Source: an uncultured delta proteobacterium (GTDB lineage: Bacteria > Desulfobacterota > Binatia > UBA9968). From it: 64,000 nt of DNA. The translations under genes were made by a program, and so were the position numbers. Positions 55,556 through 64,000 of this stretch are shown here, one piece after another. The stretch lies in the NCBI GenBank assembly GCA_963771465.1, contig CAVYTU010000008.1, positions 224,001-288,000 of the forward strand. The letters are read 5' to 3'. Position 1 is the stretch's first letter. Every line of letters starts with the position of its first letter. The notes beneath the pieces were generated by a model. That model had not been told where the DNA came from and did no database searches. It saw nothing but the letters and a program-made list of their open reading frames with translations.

Positions 55556-56056
55556 TCAATCGGCGGCGAGCTTGCGAAAACTTTCACCGGTCACGCGATA
55601 GACGGTCCACTCATTCATTGGCGTGGCGCCAAGTTGCTTGTAAAAATTAATCGCCGGCTCGTTCCAATCCAACACCGACCACTCCAACCGGCCGCAGCGC
55701 CGCTCCTTGGCCAACCTAGCGACGTAGGCGAGCAGCGCCCGGCCAAAGCCGCGCCGGCGAAATGCTTCGTCGATGAAAAGATCCTCGATATAAATTCCCG
55801 GTTGACCGAGGAACGTCGAATAGCTATGAAAGAAAAGTACAAACCCCACCGGTTCGCGCTTGAAGTACCCGAGCGCCACTTCCGCTGTGCGCCGCCGGCC
55901 GAACAGAGTTTCGCGCAGGACCGCCTCCGTGGCAACGACCTCATGGGACAAGCGTTCATAGTCGGCGAGTTTTTTGATGAAAGAAAGAATCGCCGGCACG
56001 TCTTCTTTGATGGCGGGGCGAATTTGAAAACTTTGAATCTCGGTCGAATTTTTCAT
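55556..56056 (-). CDS. GNAT acetyltransferase (diamine acetyltransferase-like)
   Basis: LADYERL, YIEDLFI...RRRGFG, EWSVLDWNEPAINFY. Confidence 0.92.
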   Translation of the reverse strand: MKNSTEIQSFQIRPAIKEDVPAILSFIKKLADYERLSHEVVATEAVLRETLFGRRRTAEVALGYFKREPVGFVLFFHSYSTFLGQPGIYIEDLFIDEAFRRRGFGRALLAYVARLAKERRCGRLEWSVLDWNEPAINFYKQLGATPMNEWTVYRVTGESFRKLAAD

Positions 56057-56132
56057 AGCGCTTTCCCCGTTGAATTGACTCGCGCAGTCGAAAGCCCGAT
56101 CGGCGCCATACTCAGGCAGTCAACTTTCGGGC

Positions 56133-58346
56133 TTACTTACCAGCATCGCGCAGCGCCCGCCAAACCCGCTCAGGCGTTAGCGGTAGATCCCTGATGCGCA
56201 CTCCGGTAGCCCGGTCGATGGCGTTACACACCGCCGGCGCGACCGAGAGAATCCCGCCTTCAGCCATACCGCGCACGCCGAACGGTCCCGGACCGTCGCC
56301 GTTTTCGACCAGCACCGTGTGAAACTCTTCCGGCACTTCGGAAAAAGTCGGAATCCGGTAATCGACTAAATTCGAATTGATCAATTGGCCATTGTCGTAA
56401 ATCAGTTGCTCAAAAAACGTGTGACCGATGCCCTGCATCGCCGCGCCTTCTTCCTGCGCCACGCAATGCTCCGGATGGATCGCTTTACCGACGTCGGCGA
56501 CGGAGATAAATTTTTTGAGCGTCACTGCGCCGGTGTCGCGATCAATGTCGACTTCCGCCGTGGCCATACCGACTTCCCAAAACACCGGCAACTCATTGTT
56601 GGTAATCTCCGGGCCGGCTTCACCGCGGCCGATCATCTCACCGCCGGAACCTTTGCCGAAGCGACGCTCGAAGGCCTCTCTAAACGTCAGCCGCGACTCG
56701 CCGCATACCAGCGCGCCGTCGACAACTTGCACTTGCTTGGGCTTCACGCCCATCGCTTGCGCGCCGATCTGAAGGAACTGCTGCTTCAAATCGCGCGCCG
56801 CTTTTTGCACCGCCGTCCCCATCAGCGTCGTCGAGCGGCTCGAACCGGTGGAGCTATCGTAGGGCGTAACTTTTGTATCCGCCCCGAGCACGCGGAACTG
56901 CTCCATCCGCAGAGTTAATTCTTCAGCGGCAATTTGCGTTAACGTCGTGCGCACCCCCTGGCCCATTTCAGTACTACCGGCGGCGATGTTGGCAACGCCG
57001 TCGGACTGTATGCGAATCAGCGCCACGGAAACCGGCGTGGCGCCGGCGTTGGTCAGCGCACAGCCCATACCGACTGCCGAGTTCTTCTTTCTCAGCGATT
57101 TTTTCCAGTGACTTTCGCGCACCAACATCTTAAGACTTGACGCTAGATCGGCATCGATGCCCTTCAAGCCCGGCCGCAGCTCCTGGCCTTTGGTGAGCAA
57201 ATTTTTCGCGCGCAGTTCGGCCGCGTCCATGCTGAGCTTGGCCGCGAGCATTTCGATCTGCGACTCGCCGGCGTAAATCACCTGCGGCGCGCCGATGGCG
57301 CGATAGGAGCCGGCGGAACCGGTGTTGGTATAAACTTGATAGGCGTTGGTGCGGATATTGGGAATCCAGTAGGGCCCCAACACGCGCGTCGCCGAGCGCG
57401 CCGTCACCTGCGGCCCGTTATCGTCATAGCCGCCGGTGTCGAGATAAATTTCCGCCTCTCGTGCGACCAGGGTACCGTCGTTTTTTGCCCCGGTCTTTAT
57501 CCGCACGCGCGCGCCGTGGCGCCGCACCGTAACCATCGACTCGCCGACCGAGTTGCAGATCCGCACCGGCCGCTTGGCTTTGCGCGCCAGCGCGACCACG
57601 AGCGGCTCGAACTTGGTGTAGGACTTGCTGCCGTATCCGCCGCCCAAGTAATTGATGATTAGGCGTACCTTCGCCGCCGGCACTTTAAAAATCTTGGCGA
57701 TGTCGCCGCGCACTTGAAACGGATGCTGCGCCGATGACCAGACTGTGATTTCACTTTCGTCATAATGCGCGATCGCCGAGTGCGGCTCCATCGCATAGTG
57801 ATACACCATGGGAAAGGTAAAATGATCTTCGGCGATCACATCGGCTTGCGCAAAACCTTCGTCGACGTTGCCGCGAGTGACCTTCTCATGGGTACCGATG
57901 TTGCCGGCCTTGTCGTCATGGACCAGCGGCGCGCCCGGCTTGATCGCCGCCTCGATGCCAACGGCCACCGGCAACTCCTCGTAGTCGACGTGAATCAGCG
58001 AGAGCGCTGCCTCCGCCGTCGCCAAATCCGCCGCCGCCACCGCCGCCACCGGCTCGCCGATGTAGCGCACTTTGTTCATGGCGATCACCGGCCGGCCGTT
58101 GTAGATCGGATGCAAATCGCCGATGTCCGCCGCGGTAAGCACCGCAACGACGCCCGGCAGCGCCTCAGCTTGAGTCGCATCGATGGCGCGAATGTGTGCA
58201 TGCGGATACGTGCTGCGCAAAATCTTGCCGTAAAGCATGCCGGGCACGGCGATGTCGCCGACGAATTTCGCTTGGCCGGTGACTTTCTCCCAGCCATCCA
58301 CGCGGGCGACGTTATGACCGACGTATTTGAATGCTCTTTTTGCCAT
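56133..58346 (-). CDS. Xanthine dehydrogenase-family molybdopterin-binding subunit
   Basis: KVTGQA, MEPH, GGGYGSK, YRAIGAPQ, EMGQG, GPFGVRGMAE. Confidence 0.94.
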   Translation of the reverse strand: MAKRAFKYVGHNVARVDGWEKVTGQAKFVGDIAVPGMLYGKILRSTYPHAHIRAIDATQAEALPGVVAVLTAADIGDLHPIYNGRPVIAMNKVRYIGEPVAAVAAADLATAEAALSLIHVDYEELPVAVGIEAAIKPGAPLVHDDKAGNIGTHEKVTRGNVDEGFAQADVIAEDHFTFPMVYHYAMEPHSAIAHYDESEITVWSSAQHPFQVRGDIAKIFKVPAAKVRLIINYLGGGYGSKSYTKFEPLVVALARKAKRPVRICNSVGESMVTVRRHGARVRIKTGAKNDGTLVAREAEIYLDTGGYDDNGPQVTARSATRVLGPYWIPNIRTNAYQVYTNTGSAGSYRAIGAPQVIYAGESQIEMLAAKLSMDAAELRAKNLLTKGQELRPGLKGIDADLASSLKMLVRESHWKKSLRKKNSAVGMGCALTNAGATPVSVALIRIQSDGVANIAAGSTEMGQGVRTTLTQIAAEELTLRMEQFRVLGADTKVTPYDSSTGSSRSTTLMGTAVQKAARDLKQQFLQIGAQAMGVKPKQVQVVDGALVCGESRLTFREAFERRFGKGSGGEMIGRGEAGPEITNNELPVFWEVGMATAEVDIDRDTGAVTLKKFISVADVGKAIHPEHCVAQEEGAAMQGIGHTFFEQLIYDNGQLINSNLVDYRIPTFSEVPEEFHTVLVENGDGPGPFGVRGMAEGGILSVAPAVCNAIDRATGVRIRDLPLTPERVWRALRDAGK

Positions 58347-58501
58347 CAACACTCCGGATCGATGAATGCCTTAGTTTTTAACAAAGCCCTTTCGCTAGTT
58401 CAACAAACAGCGGAAAAGATAGCCTGTGATTTCGCACGCAGGGTAAAATTTTCTTGCTTCCCGATTGGGATTCCCAAACTTGTTCCGCTATAACGATCCC
58501 C

Positions 58502-59197
58502 ATGCGTTTCAAATCTCCACTCCTCGCCGGCACGCTGATCCAACGCTACAAGCGCTTTCTCGCCGACGTTCGACTCCCGAGCGGCGAAGTCGTCACCGCC
58601 CACTGCACCAACACCGGCAGCATGATGGGGTGCAAAGAACCTGGCAGTGCGGTTTATATTTCACGCAGCGATAATCAGAACCGCAAGCTGCTCTATACTT
58701 GGGAATTGATCAGGGCCGACAACACTTGGGTCGGCATTAACACCCTGCACCCCAACAAACTCGTGCCCGAAGCGGTCCAAGCCGGCAGGATCGACGAACT
58801 GTGCGACTTTGACCATATTCGCCGCGAAGTCAAAGTCAGCGCGCACAGCCGGCTCGATCTCTGTCTCGAAGGTCGTAACGGCAGCTGCTTCGTCGAAATA
58901 AAAAATGTCACCCTCGCGGTCCATGGCGCCGCGGCGTTCCCCGACGCCGTCAGCGAGCGCGGCACAAGGCATCTGAAAGAACTCATCCGCCTCAAACGCC
59001 AAGGCCACCGCGCCGCCATCGTCTTCGTCATCCAGCGCGGCGACTGCGACAGCTTTCGCCCCGCCGATGAAATCGATCAGGAGTACGGCCGCTGGCTGCG
59101 CCGCGCGATCAACGCCGGAGTCGAGGCGCTGCCCTATCGCGCGAAAGTGACACCGAAAGAGATTTTGTTGACTGAGAAGATCCCTGTGAAGCTGTAG
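58502..59197 (+). CDS. sfsA: Sugar fermentation stimulation protein / DNA-RNA nuclease SfsA
   Basis: RYKRFLADV, AHCTNTGSM, EIKNVTL, FPDAVSERG. Confidence 0.96.
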   Translation: MRFKSPLLAGTLIQRYKRFLADVRLPSGEVVTAHCTNTGSMMGCKEPGSAVYISRSDNQNRKLLYTWELIRADNTWVGINTLHPNKLVPEAVQAGRIDELCDFDHIRREVKVSAHSRLDLCLEGRNGSCFVEIKNVTLAVHGAAAFPDAVSERGTRHLKELIRLKRQGHRAAIVFVIQRGDCDSFRPADEIDQEYGRWLRRAINAGVEALPYRAKVTPKEILLTEKIPVKL

Positions 59198-59288
59198 ACT
59201 GAGAAGCTGATTGCCAGCGGCGCACGGCAAATGTTAAAAGCAGACCAGCTGGAACTTTTCCCAACCCAATTTTGCCCAAGGAGGATTT

Positions 59289-60257
59289 ATGATCACCGCC
59301 CAAGAACTCAAAGGCGCGCTCGCGATTATGCCGACGCCGGCTAAGGAAGGCGCCGAACGGCTGGATGCGACCAACACCGTCGATCTCGATGAAACCGCCC
59401 GGTTGGCAGAAAGCCTCGTCCGTGACGGCGCCAACGGTATCATGGCGCTTGGCACCATGGGCGAGTGCGCGACCACGTCGCAAGCGGACTACGAAGCCTA
59501 TGTCGATTGCCTGCTCAAAACCGTGCGCGGCCGAATTCCGACCTTTGTCGGCACGACGTCGCTGAGCGGCCATGAAATCGCCCGACGGATAAAATTCGTC
59601 AAAGAGCGCGGCGCCACCGGAACGCTGCTGGGAATTCCCATGTGGCAACCGGTGACGCTCGACATGGCGATCAAATTCTATGCCGACGTGGCAGAGACAT
59701 TTCCCGACTTTCCGATCATGGTTTACGCCAACCCGCGCGCCTTTCGTTTTGATTTCGGCGCTGACTTCTGGGGACCGGTCGTGCAGCAGGCGCCGACGGT
59801 CATGTCGGCGAAATTTTCCAGCAAAGCGATACTGAAACAAGTCGTCGATGCGGTCAAAGGCCGCGTGAACTTCGTGCCGCCCATCGGGCTCGCCTACGAG
59901 TTCGCGCAAATATCGCCGGCATCTCAAACTACTTGCTGGATTCCTTCCGTCGGCCCGCAGGTCGCAATCGCGCTGATGAAAGCGCTCGCCGACGGCAGTG
60001 CCGAACAAGCCAAAGCGGTCGCCGCCGACATCGCTTGGGCCAACGAACCCCATCATGCCATCACCGGCTCGCAAGAAATTTTCGCGTCTTACAATATTCA
60101 GCTGGAAAAAGTCTTGATGGCCGCATCCGGTTACTGCAAGACCGGCCCGATCCGTCCGCCCTATAATTATATGCCGGACGATTTCCGCAAGGCGGCAACT
60201 GAAGGCGGACAGCGCTACGCCAAGCTACGCGATAAGTATGCCAAGTTGGTCGGCTAG
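59289..60257 (+). CDS. DHDPS/NAL-superfamily hydratase-aldolase (NahE-like)
   Basis: GTMGECAT, PMWQ, YANPRAFRFDF, AKF, YNIQLEK, GPIRPPY. Confidence 0.88.
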   Translation: MITAQELKGALAIMPTPAKEGAERLDATNTVDLDETARLAESLVRDGANGIMALGTMGECATTSQADYEAYVDCLLKTVRGRIPTFVGTTSLSGHEIARRIKFVKERGATGTLLGIPMWQPVTLDMAIKFYADVAETFPDFPIMVYANPRAFRFDFGADFWGPVVQQAPTVMSAKFSSKAILKQVVDAVKGRVNFVPPIGLAYEFAQISPASQTTCWIPSVGPQVAIALMKALADGSAEQAKAVAADIAWANEPHHAITGSQEIFASYNIQLEKVLMAASGYCKTGPIRPPYNYMPDDFRKAATEGGQRYAKLRDKYAKLVG

Positions 60258-60358
60258 TTTGCGCTCTTGCATACGCCAACCGATTCACTGGCCGTTCGTT
60301 CAATTTTTGGGCGAGCGGCCAAATTTTTTATCAAAGCGTGTCAATCAGGAGAACAGAA

Positions 60359-61444
60359 ATGGCCGAGCCTAAAATCGCCACCGAATCGATCAGTCTAAAA
60401 AGCAGCTCTTACAAACAGTGGGTCAAAGCCGAAGGCATCCCGCTGGTCGAAAGCTTCTTCGTCGAAGATATCGCCACCACGCCGGTCGCACCTTGGCAAC
60501 GGACCGGCGGTTTGGGCGTGCGCCTTTGTTTGGAAGGCACCGGCGAAACCAACGACGCTTATATTTGCGAGATTCCCGCCGGTAAAGCGCTTGAACCCGA
60601 GAAACATATGTACGAAGAGCTGATTTACGTTATCAGCGGCCGCGGTGCGACGACCATCTGGAACGAAGGCGAACCGAAGCGGACATTTGAATGGCAGGAA
60701 GGTTCGCTGTTCTCGCCGCCGCTCAATTCTTGGCATCAACTTTTCAACGGCAACGGCAACCAGCCTGCGCGCTTTCTCGCCGTCACCTCGGCGCCGTGCA
60801 TGATCAATCTAATTCACAACACCGATTTCATATTCAATTGTCCTTACGCCTTCCGCGATCGTTTCAATTCCCAGGAAGACTACTTCGGCAATCCCGGAAC
60901 CTGGTACTCCGGCCGAACCTGGCAAACCAACTTCGTAGCCGACGTGAAGAACTTAAAGCTGCTCGAATGGAAAGAACGCGGCGGCGGCGGCTCGCAAGTG
61001 CGTTTGGAAATATCCGAGAATACTTTATGCGGCCACATCTCGCAGTTCGCCGTCGGCAGTTATAAGAAAGCCCACTTTCACGGCCCCGGCGCGCATGTGA
61101 TCATCCTCGCCGGCAACGGCTACTCGTTGCTCTGGCCGCGCGGCCAAGCGATCAAACGCTTCGATTGGAAACCCGGCAGTCTCGTGGTCCCGCCCGGCGG
61201 CTGGTTTCACCAGCATTTCAACTCCGGCGCCGAGCCCGTGCGCTATCTCGCACTGCGCTGGGGCAGCCAAAAATATCACGAGATGTGGGGCGAAGGCCGC
61301 GGCAAAGCCGACGTCGACGTCAAACTCGGCGGCAAGCAAATCGAATACGAAGACGAAGACCCGCTGGTGCGAAAAATGTTCGACGAAGCGTGCGCCAAGG
61401 CGGGCGTGAAGAATCTGATGGAGAAATATTATCAGGTCAAATAG
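60359..61444 (+). CDS. Bicupin protein (gentisate 1,2-dioxygenase-like fold)
   Basis: Two cupin motifs: KHMYEE..WHQLFN and AHFHGPG..FHQHFN. Confidence 0.85.
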   Translation: MAEPKIATESISLKSSSYKQWVKAEGIPLVESFFVEDIATTPVAPWQRTGGLGVRLCLEGTGETNDAYICEIPAGKALEPEKHMYEELIYVISGRGATTIWNEGEPKRTFEWQEGSLFSPPLNSWHQLFNGNGNQPARFLAVTSAPCMINLIHNTDFIFNCPYAFRDRFNSQEDYFGNPGTWYSGRTWQTNFVADVKNLKLLEWKERGGGGSQVRLEISENTLCGHISQFAVGSYKKAHFHGPGAHVIILAGNGYSLLWPRGQAIKRFDWKPGSLVVPPGGWFHQHFNSGAEPVRYLALRWGSQKYHEMWGEGRGKADVDVKLGGKQIEYEDEDPLVRKMFDEACAKAGVKNLMEKYYQVK

Positions 61445-61537
61445 CAATGGCATTGCCGACAAACGGTTCGACATTGACAGTCTAAATTAGCTGCTGGTAG
61501 CGTAACGAAATGCAAAACTGCCATCGGAGGTTTGACA

Positions 61538-62656
61538 ATGGCCGACCTCGCCGAACTCTTTCGCACCGGACCCAACACGCTCGGCGGACGCTACATGCGG
61601 ACATTGTGGCATCCTATTTATATCGCCGCCGAGTTAAAGCCTGGATGGGCGAAACCGATTCAAATCCTCGGCGAGAAGTTTACGCTCTATCGCGGTGAGA
61701 GCGGCGCGCCGCATCTGACTGCGTTTCGCTGTGTCCATCGCGGCCTGCAACTGTCCGTCGGCTGGATCGAAGGCGACTCGATTCGCTGCCGCTTTCACGG
61801 CTGGAAATATGACGGCACAGGACAATGCGTGGAAATTCCCACCGAAGATGAATCGGCGGCAAAAACCGTGCGGCTACGAACCTATGCCGTGCGGGAATAT
61901 TTGGGATTGATCTTCGCTTATGTCGGCGACGGCGAAGCGCCAACATTCCCCCGCTATGCCGATTTTGAATCAGGCGGTGAACTCTGGGTCGAAGCCTACA
62001 CGCGCGCCTGTAATTTCGTCATCAACATGGAAAATGATCCGGTGCATATTCCCTTCGCGCACCGCGAGTCCGAGCTGTTCGCCAATCGACCCGTTGAAAT
62101 TCCGATCAAAGTCGATGCCGAGGAAACCGACTGGGGCATCGACATCCGCTCGACGTTCGCCAACGGCTGGGTGCATACCAATCAACGCGGCTGGCCGAAC
62201 ATGACTTGCTTCAAATCGCCGCGACAACAACACCGCAGCCATCTAACCTGGCGCGTGCCCATCGACGACGACAATCACTGGAGCTTTCAGGTCGACATCA
62301 TGTACGACACCGCCGGCCCGGAGAAAATGAAACAGTACCGCCAGCGCCACGACGCGCGTGGCGGCAAGATCGGCCGCTCATACATTGAATTAGGCGAAGC
62401 GATTTTACGCGGCGAGCTGCGCATTCAAGACATCGACGGCGATGATAAAGCGAATATGATCTGGATCCAAGACTACGTCACACAAGTCGGGCAAGGACCG
62501 TTGTCGGAACGAAAAAGCGAGCGACTGATTAGAGCTGACGTGGGGCTGCTGCTCTACCGCAAACTCTGGGAACGTGAAGTCATGGCACACGCCGAAGGCC
62601 GACCACTAAAAAAGTGGCATCGCTCCGAAGCGGTCATCGACAGCGAAGATGAGTAG
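61538..62656 (+). CDS. Rieske non-heme iron oxygenase alpha subunit (phthalate dioxygenase-like)
   Basis: CVHRG...CRFHGW; ENDPVHIPFAH; distal QD. Preceded by TTGACA-18-TAGCGT and GGAGG. Confidence 0.92.
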   Translation: MADLAELFRTGPNTLGGRYMRTLWHPIYIAAELKPGWAKPIQILGEKFTLYRGESGAPHLTAFRCVHRGLQLSVGWIEGDSIRCRFHGWKYDGTGQCVEIPTEDESAAKTVRLRTYAVREYLGLIFAYVGDGEAPTFPRYADFESGGELWVEAYTRACNFVINMENDPVHIPFAHRESELFANRPVEIPIKVDAEETDWGIDIRSTFANGWVHTNQRGWPNMTCFKSPRQQHRSHLTWRVPIDDDNHWSFQVDIMYDTAGPEKMKQYRQRHDARGGKIGRSYIELGEAILRGELRIQDIDGDDKANMIWIQDYVTQVGQGPLSERKSERLIRADVGLLLYRKLWEREVMAHAEGRPLKKWHRSEAVIDSEDE

Positions 62657-62706
62657 AAATTTAGATTCGGAGTTGGCTGGCGCAATGCGAACAAACGACC
62701 GCTTGC

Positions 62707-63303
62707 CTATTTCTTAAATCCGCCGATCAGCGCGCGCTTGGGGTCGTCCCAAAAGCTCTGCACGTTGTCAAAGCCGACCTCTCTGAGCCAGTTTAATTGC
62801 TCGTCGAGCGACGGCCGCATGCGGTCGAAGTTTAGGAAACAGCCGCCCGGCTTGATCAGCGAAAACGCTTCACCATAAATCGACTTGATGGTTTCGTAGG
62901 CGCGCACGTTGTGGATCGCGATTGAGGACACCACGGCTTCGAAAGGACCACCAATTTTTTCGCTCCATCCCGGGTGGCTAAAGTCCGCTTGCACATGGCG
63001 GACTCGACCTTTGAGCCCAGCCATGCGCGCTTCACCGAGCTTGATCATTTCGTCCGAGCCGTCGTGACACACCGCCTTGGCATTGGAAAAATGGCCGAGG
63101 AGAAATTGGCACAGCGCGCCATATCCCGAGCCCAGATCTAACAGCGTGATCGGCGCATCCTTCGCATAGGGAATGACCTGCGTCATCAAACGGAACGGTT
63201 CTTCCCGCTGTGCTTCCTTGGGATCTTGTCCTTCAGCCCAACGATTTACATACTCCGCCGACGACCAATCATGGTGTTCCCATAAGTCTGCTATTTTTGC
63301 CAT
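62707..63303 (-). CDS. Class I SAM-dependent methyltransferase
   Basis: LLDLGSGYG, FEAVVSSIAIH, KPGGCF. Confidence 0.92.
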   Translation of the reverse strand: MAKIADLWEHHDWSSAEYVNRWAEGQDPKEAQREEPFRLMTQVIPYAKDAPITLLDLGSGYGALCQFLLGHFSNAKAVCHDGSDEMIKLGEARMAGLKGRVRHVQADFSHPGWSEKIGGPFEAVVSSIAIHNVRAYETIKSIYGEAFSLIKPGGCFLNFDRMRPSLDEQLNWLREVGFDNVQSFWDDPKRALIGGFKK

Positions 63304-63438
63304 GGGTAAAAACTATCCGAAATCGCGCCTCAAAGTCAACGGCAAACTGCCTCGCCAAGTTATTGCAAAGCCATCGACTCATCGGATAACAATCTGACAG
63401 ACGTAATTCTCTTCAGCCATGAATAGTCGGAGGAACAA

Positions 63439-64000
63439 ATGAAATTGAAAGACCAAGTCGCACTGATCATCGGCGGCGCCCGCGGCATTGGTGAGACCAT
63501 TGCGCACACTTTTTCTAACGAAGGCGCCAGCATCGCGCTCGTCGATTTGGCAAAGATGAAGGCTGAGCTTAACGGGGTCGTTCAAGCTGTCAATCAAAAA
63601 GGTGGCAAAGCCTGCGCCATCACCGCCGATTGCAGCGACGACCGACAGGTGAACCACTTGGTTGACGAAACCGTGCGCCGTTTCGGCAAGATCGATGTCT
63701 TAATCAACAGCGCCGGCTTCCGCGGCCCGCTCGTGCCGTGACCGAAATCAGCGAAAAAGAATTTGACGACGTGATCTTGTACAACCTCAAGCTAGTGTTT
63801 CTTTGCTGCCGCGCGGTGTTGAAGCAAATGGTCAAACAGAAGAGCGGCAGCATCGTCAGTATCTCCGGCACCGCCGGCAGAGAAGGCATGGCCATGCGCG
63901 GTTCCCTCTGCGCCGCCAAGTGGGGTGTGGTCGGCTTGACCCAAACCATCGCCAAAGAATACGGTCCTCATGGCATCAGAGCCAACATCATCTGCCCCGG
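63439..64000 (+). pseudogene. SDR oxidoreductase with a 1-nt frameshift near 63737, running off the window end
   Basis: GGARGIG and INSAG in the first frame. After GTGCCGTGACC the -1 frame continues VTEISEKEFDDV...GSIVSIS...LCAAKWGVVGLTQTIAKEYGPHGIRANIICP. Confidence 0.85.

Noticed and set aside
59109-60074. 321-aa minus-strand ORF
   Set aside because: Antisense to the aldolase gene and lacks motifs.
1-64000. CRISPR array, rRNA, intact IS element or reverse transcriptase/DGR
   Set aside because: No regularly spaced repeats, rRNA-like sequence, transposase or RT motifs were seen; the heptamer runs are too short and degenerate to be arrays.

Overview
This is a bacterial chromosomal window of moderately high GC. 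Gene content (zinc-ribbon/cyclase/STAND/TPR protein, PF04392-type substrate-binding protein, carD, PBP1B, Mo-hydroxylase, Rieske/cupin genes) suggests a deltaproteobacterium-like organism such as Candidatus Binatia; that placement is inference only. (1) 1-20.2 kb: the end of a sigma-54 activator gene converges on a 19-kb minus-strand operon. The operon encodes a cyclase-STAND-TPR protein, three NRPS subunits (A-T; C-A-T-C-A-T; docking-C-A-T-C; no thioesterase or reductase), an exported alpha/beta-hydrolase and an 80-aa Lys/Ala-rich protein. This is the most unusual system in the window: three of four A domains lack Asp235, the last NRPS appears to start at an ATA codon, and heptamer-repeat insertions sit in equivalent A-domain loops. 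(2) 20-42 kb: mostly housekeeping genes (mutM, rsmA, tsaD, mrcB plus a TPR lipoprotein, degP/Q, cysK-larE, ispD, carD, rimI) and a ferredoxin-membrane-Hsp20-like fusion. (3) 42-47 kb: tRNA-Cys with a decayed island (integrase/ligase chimera, AraC fragment, integron-cassette-like GNAT). (4) 47-64 kb: grxC, coaE, efp, gdhA, small enzymes, sfsA, aromatic-catabolism-like genes and a frameshifted SDR. No rRNA or CRISPR array was seen. All family assignments are from motif reading by eye; no database searches were run.
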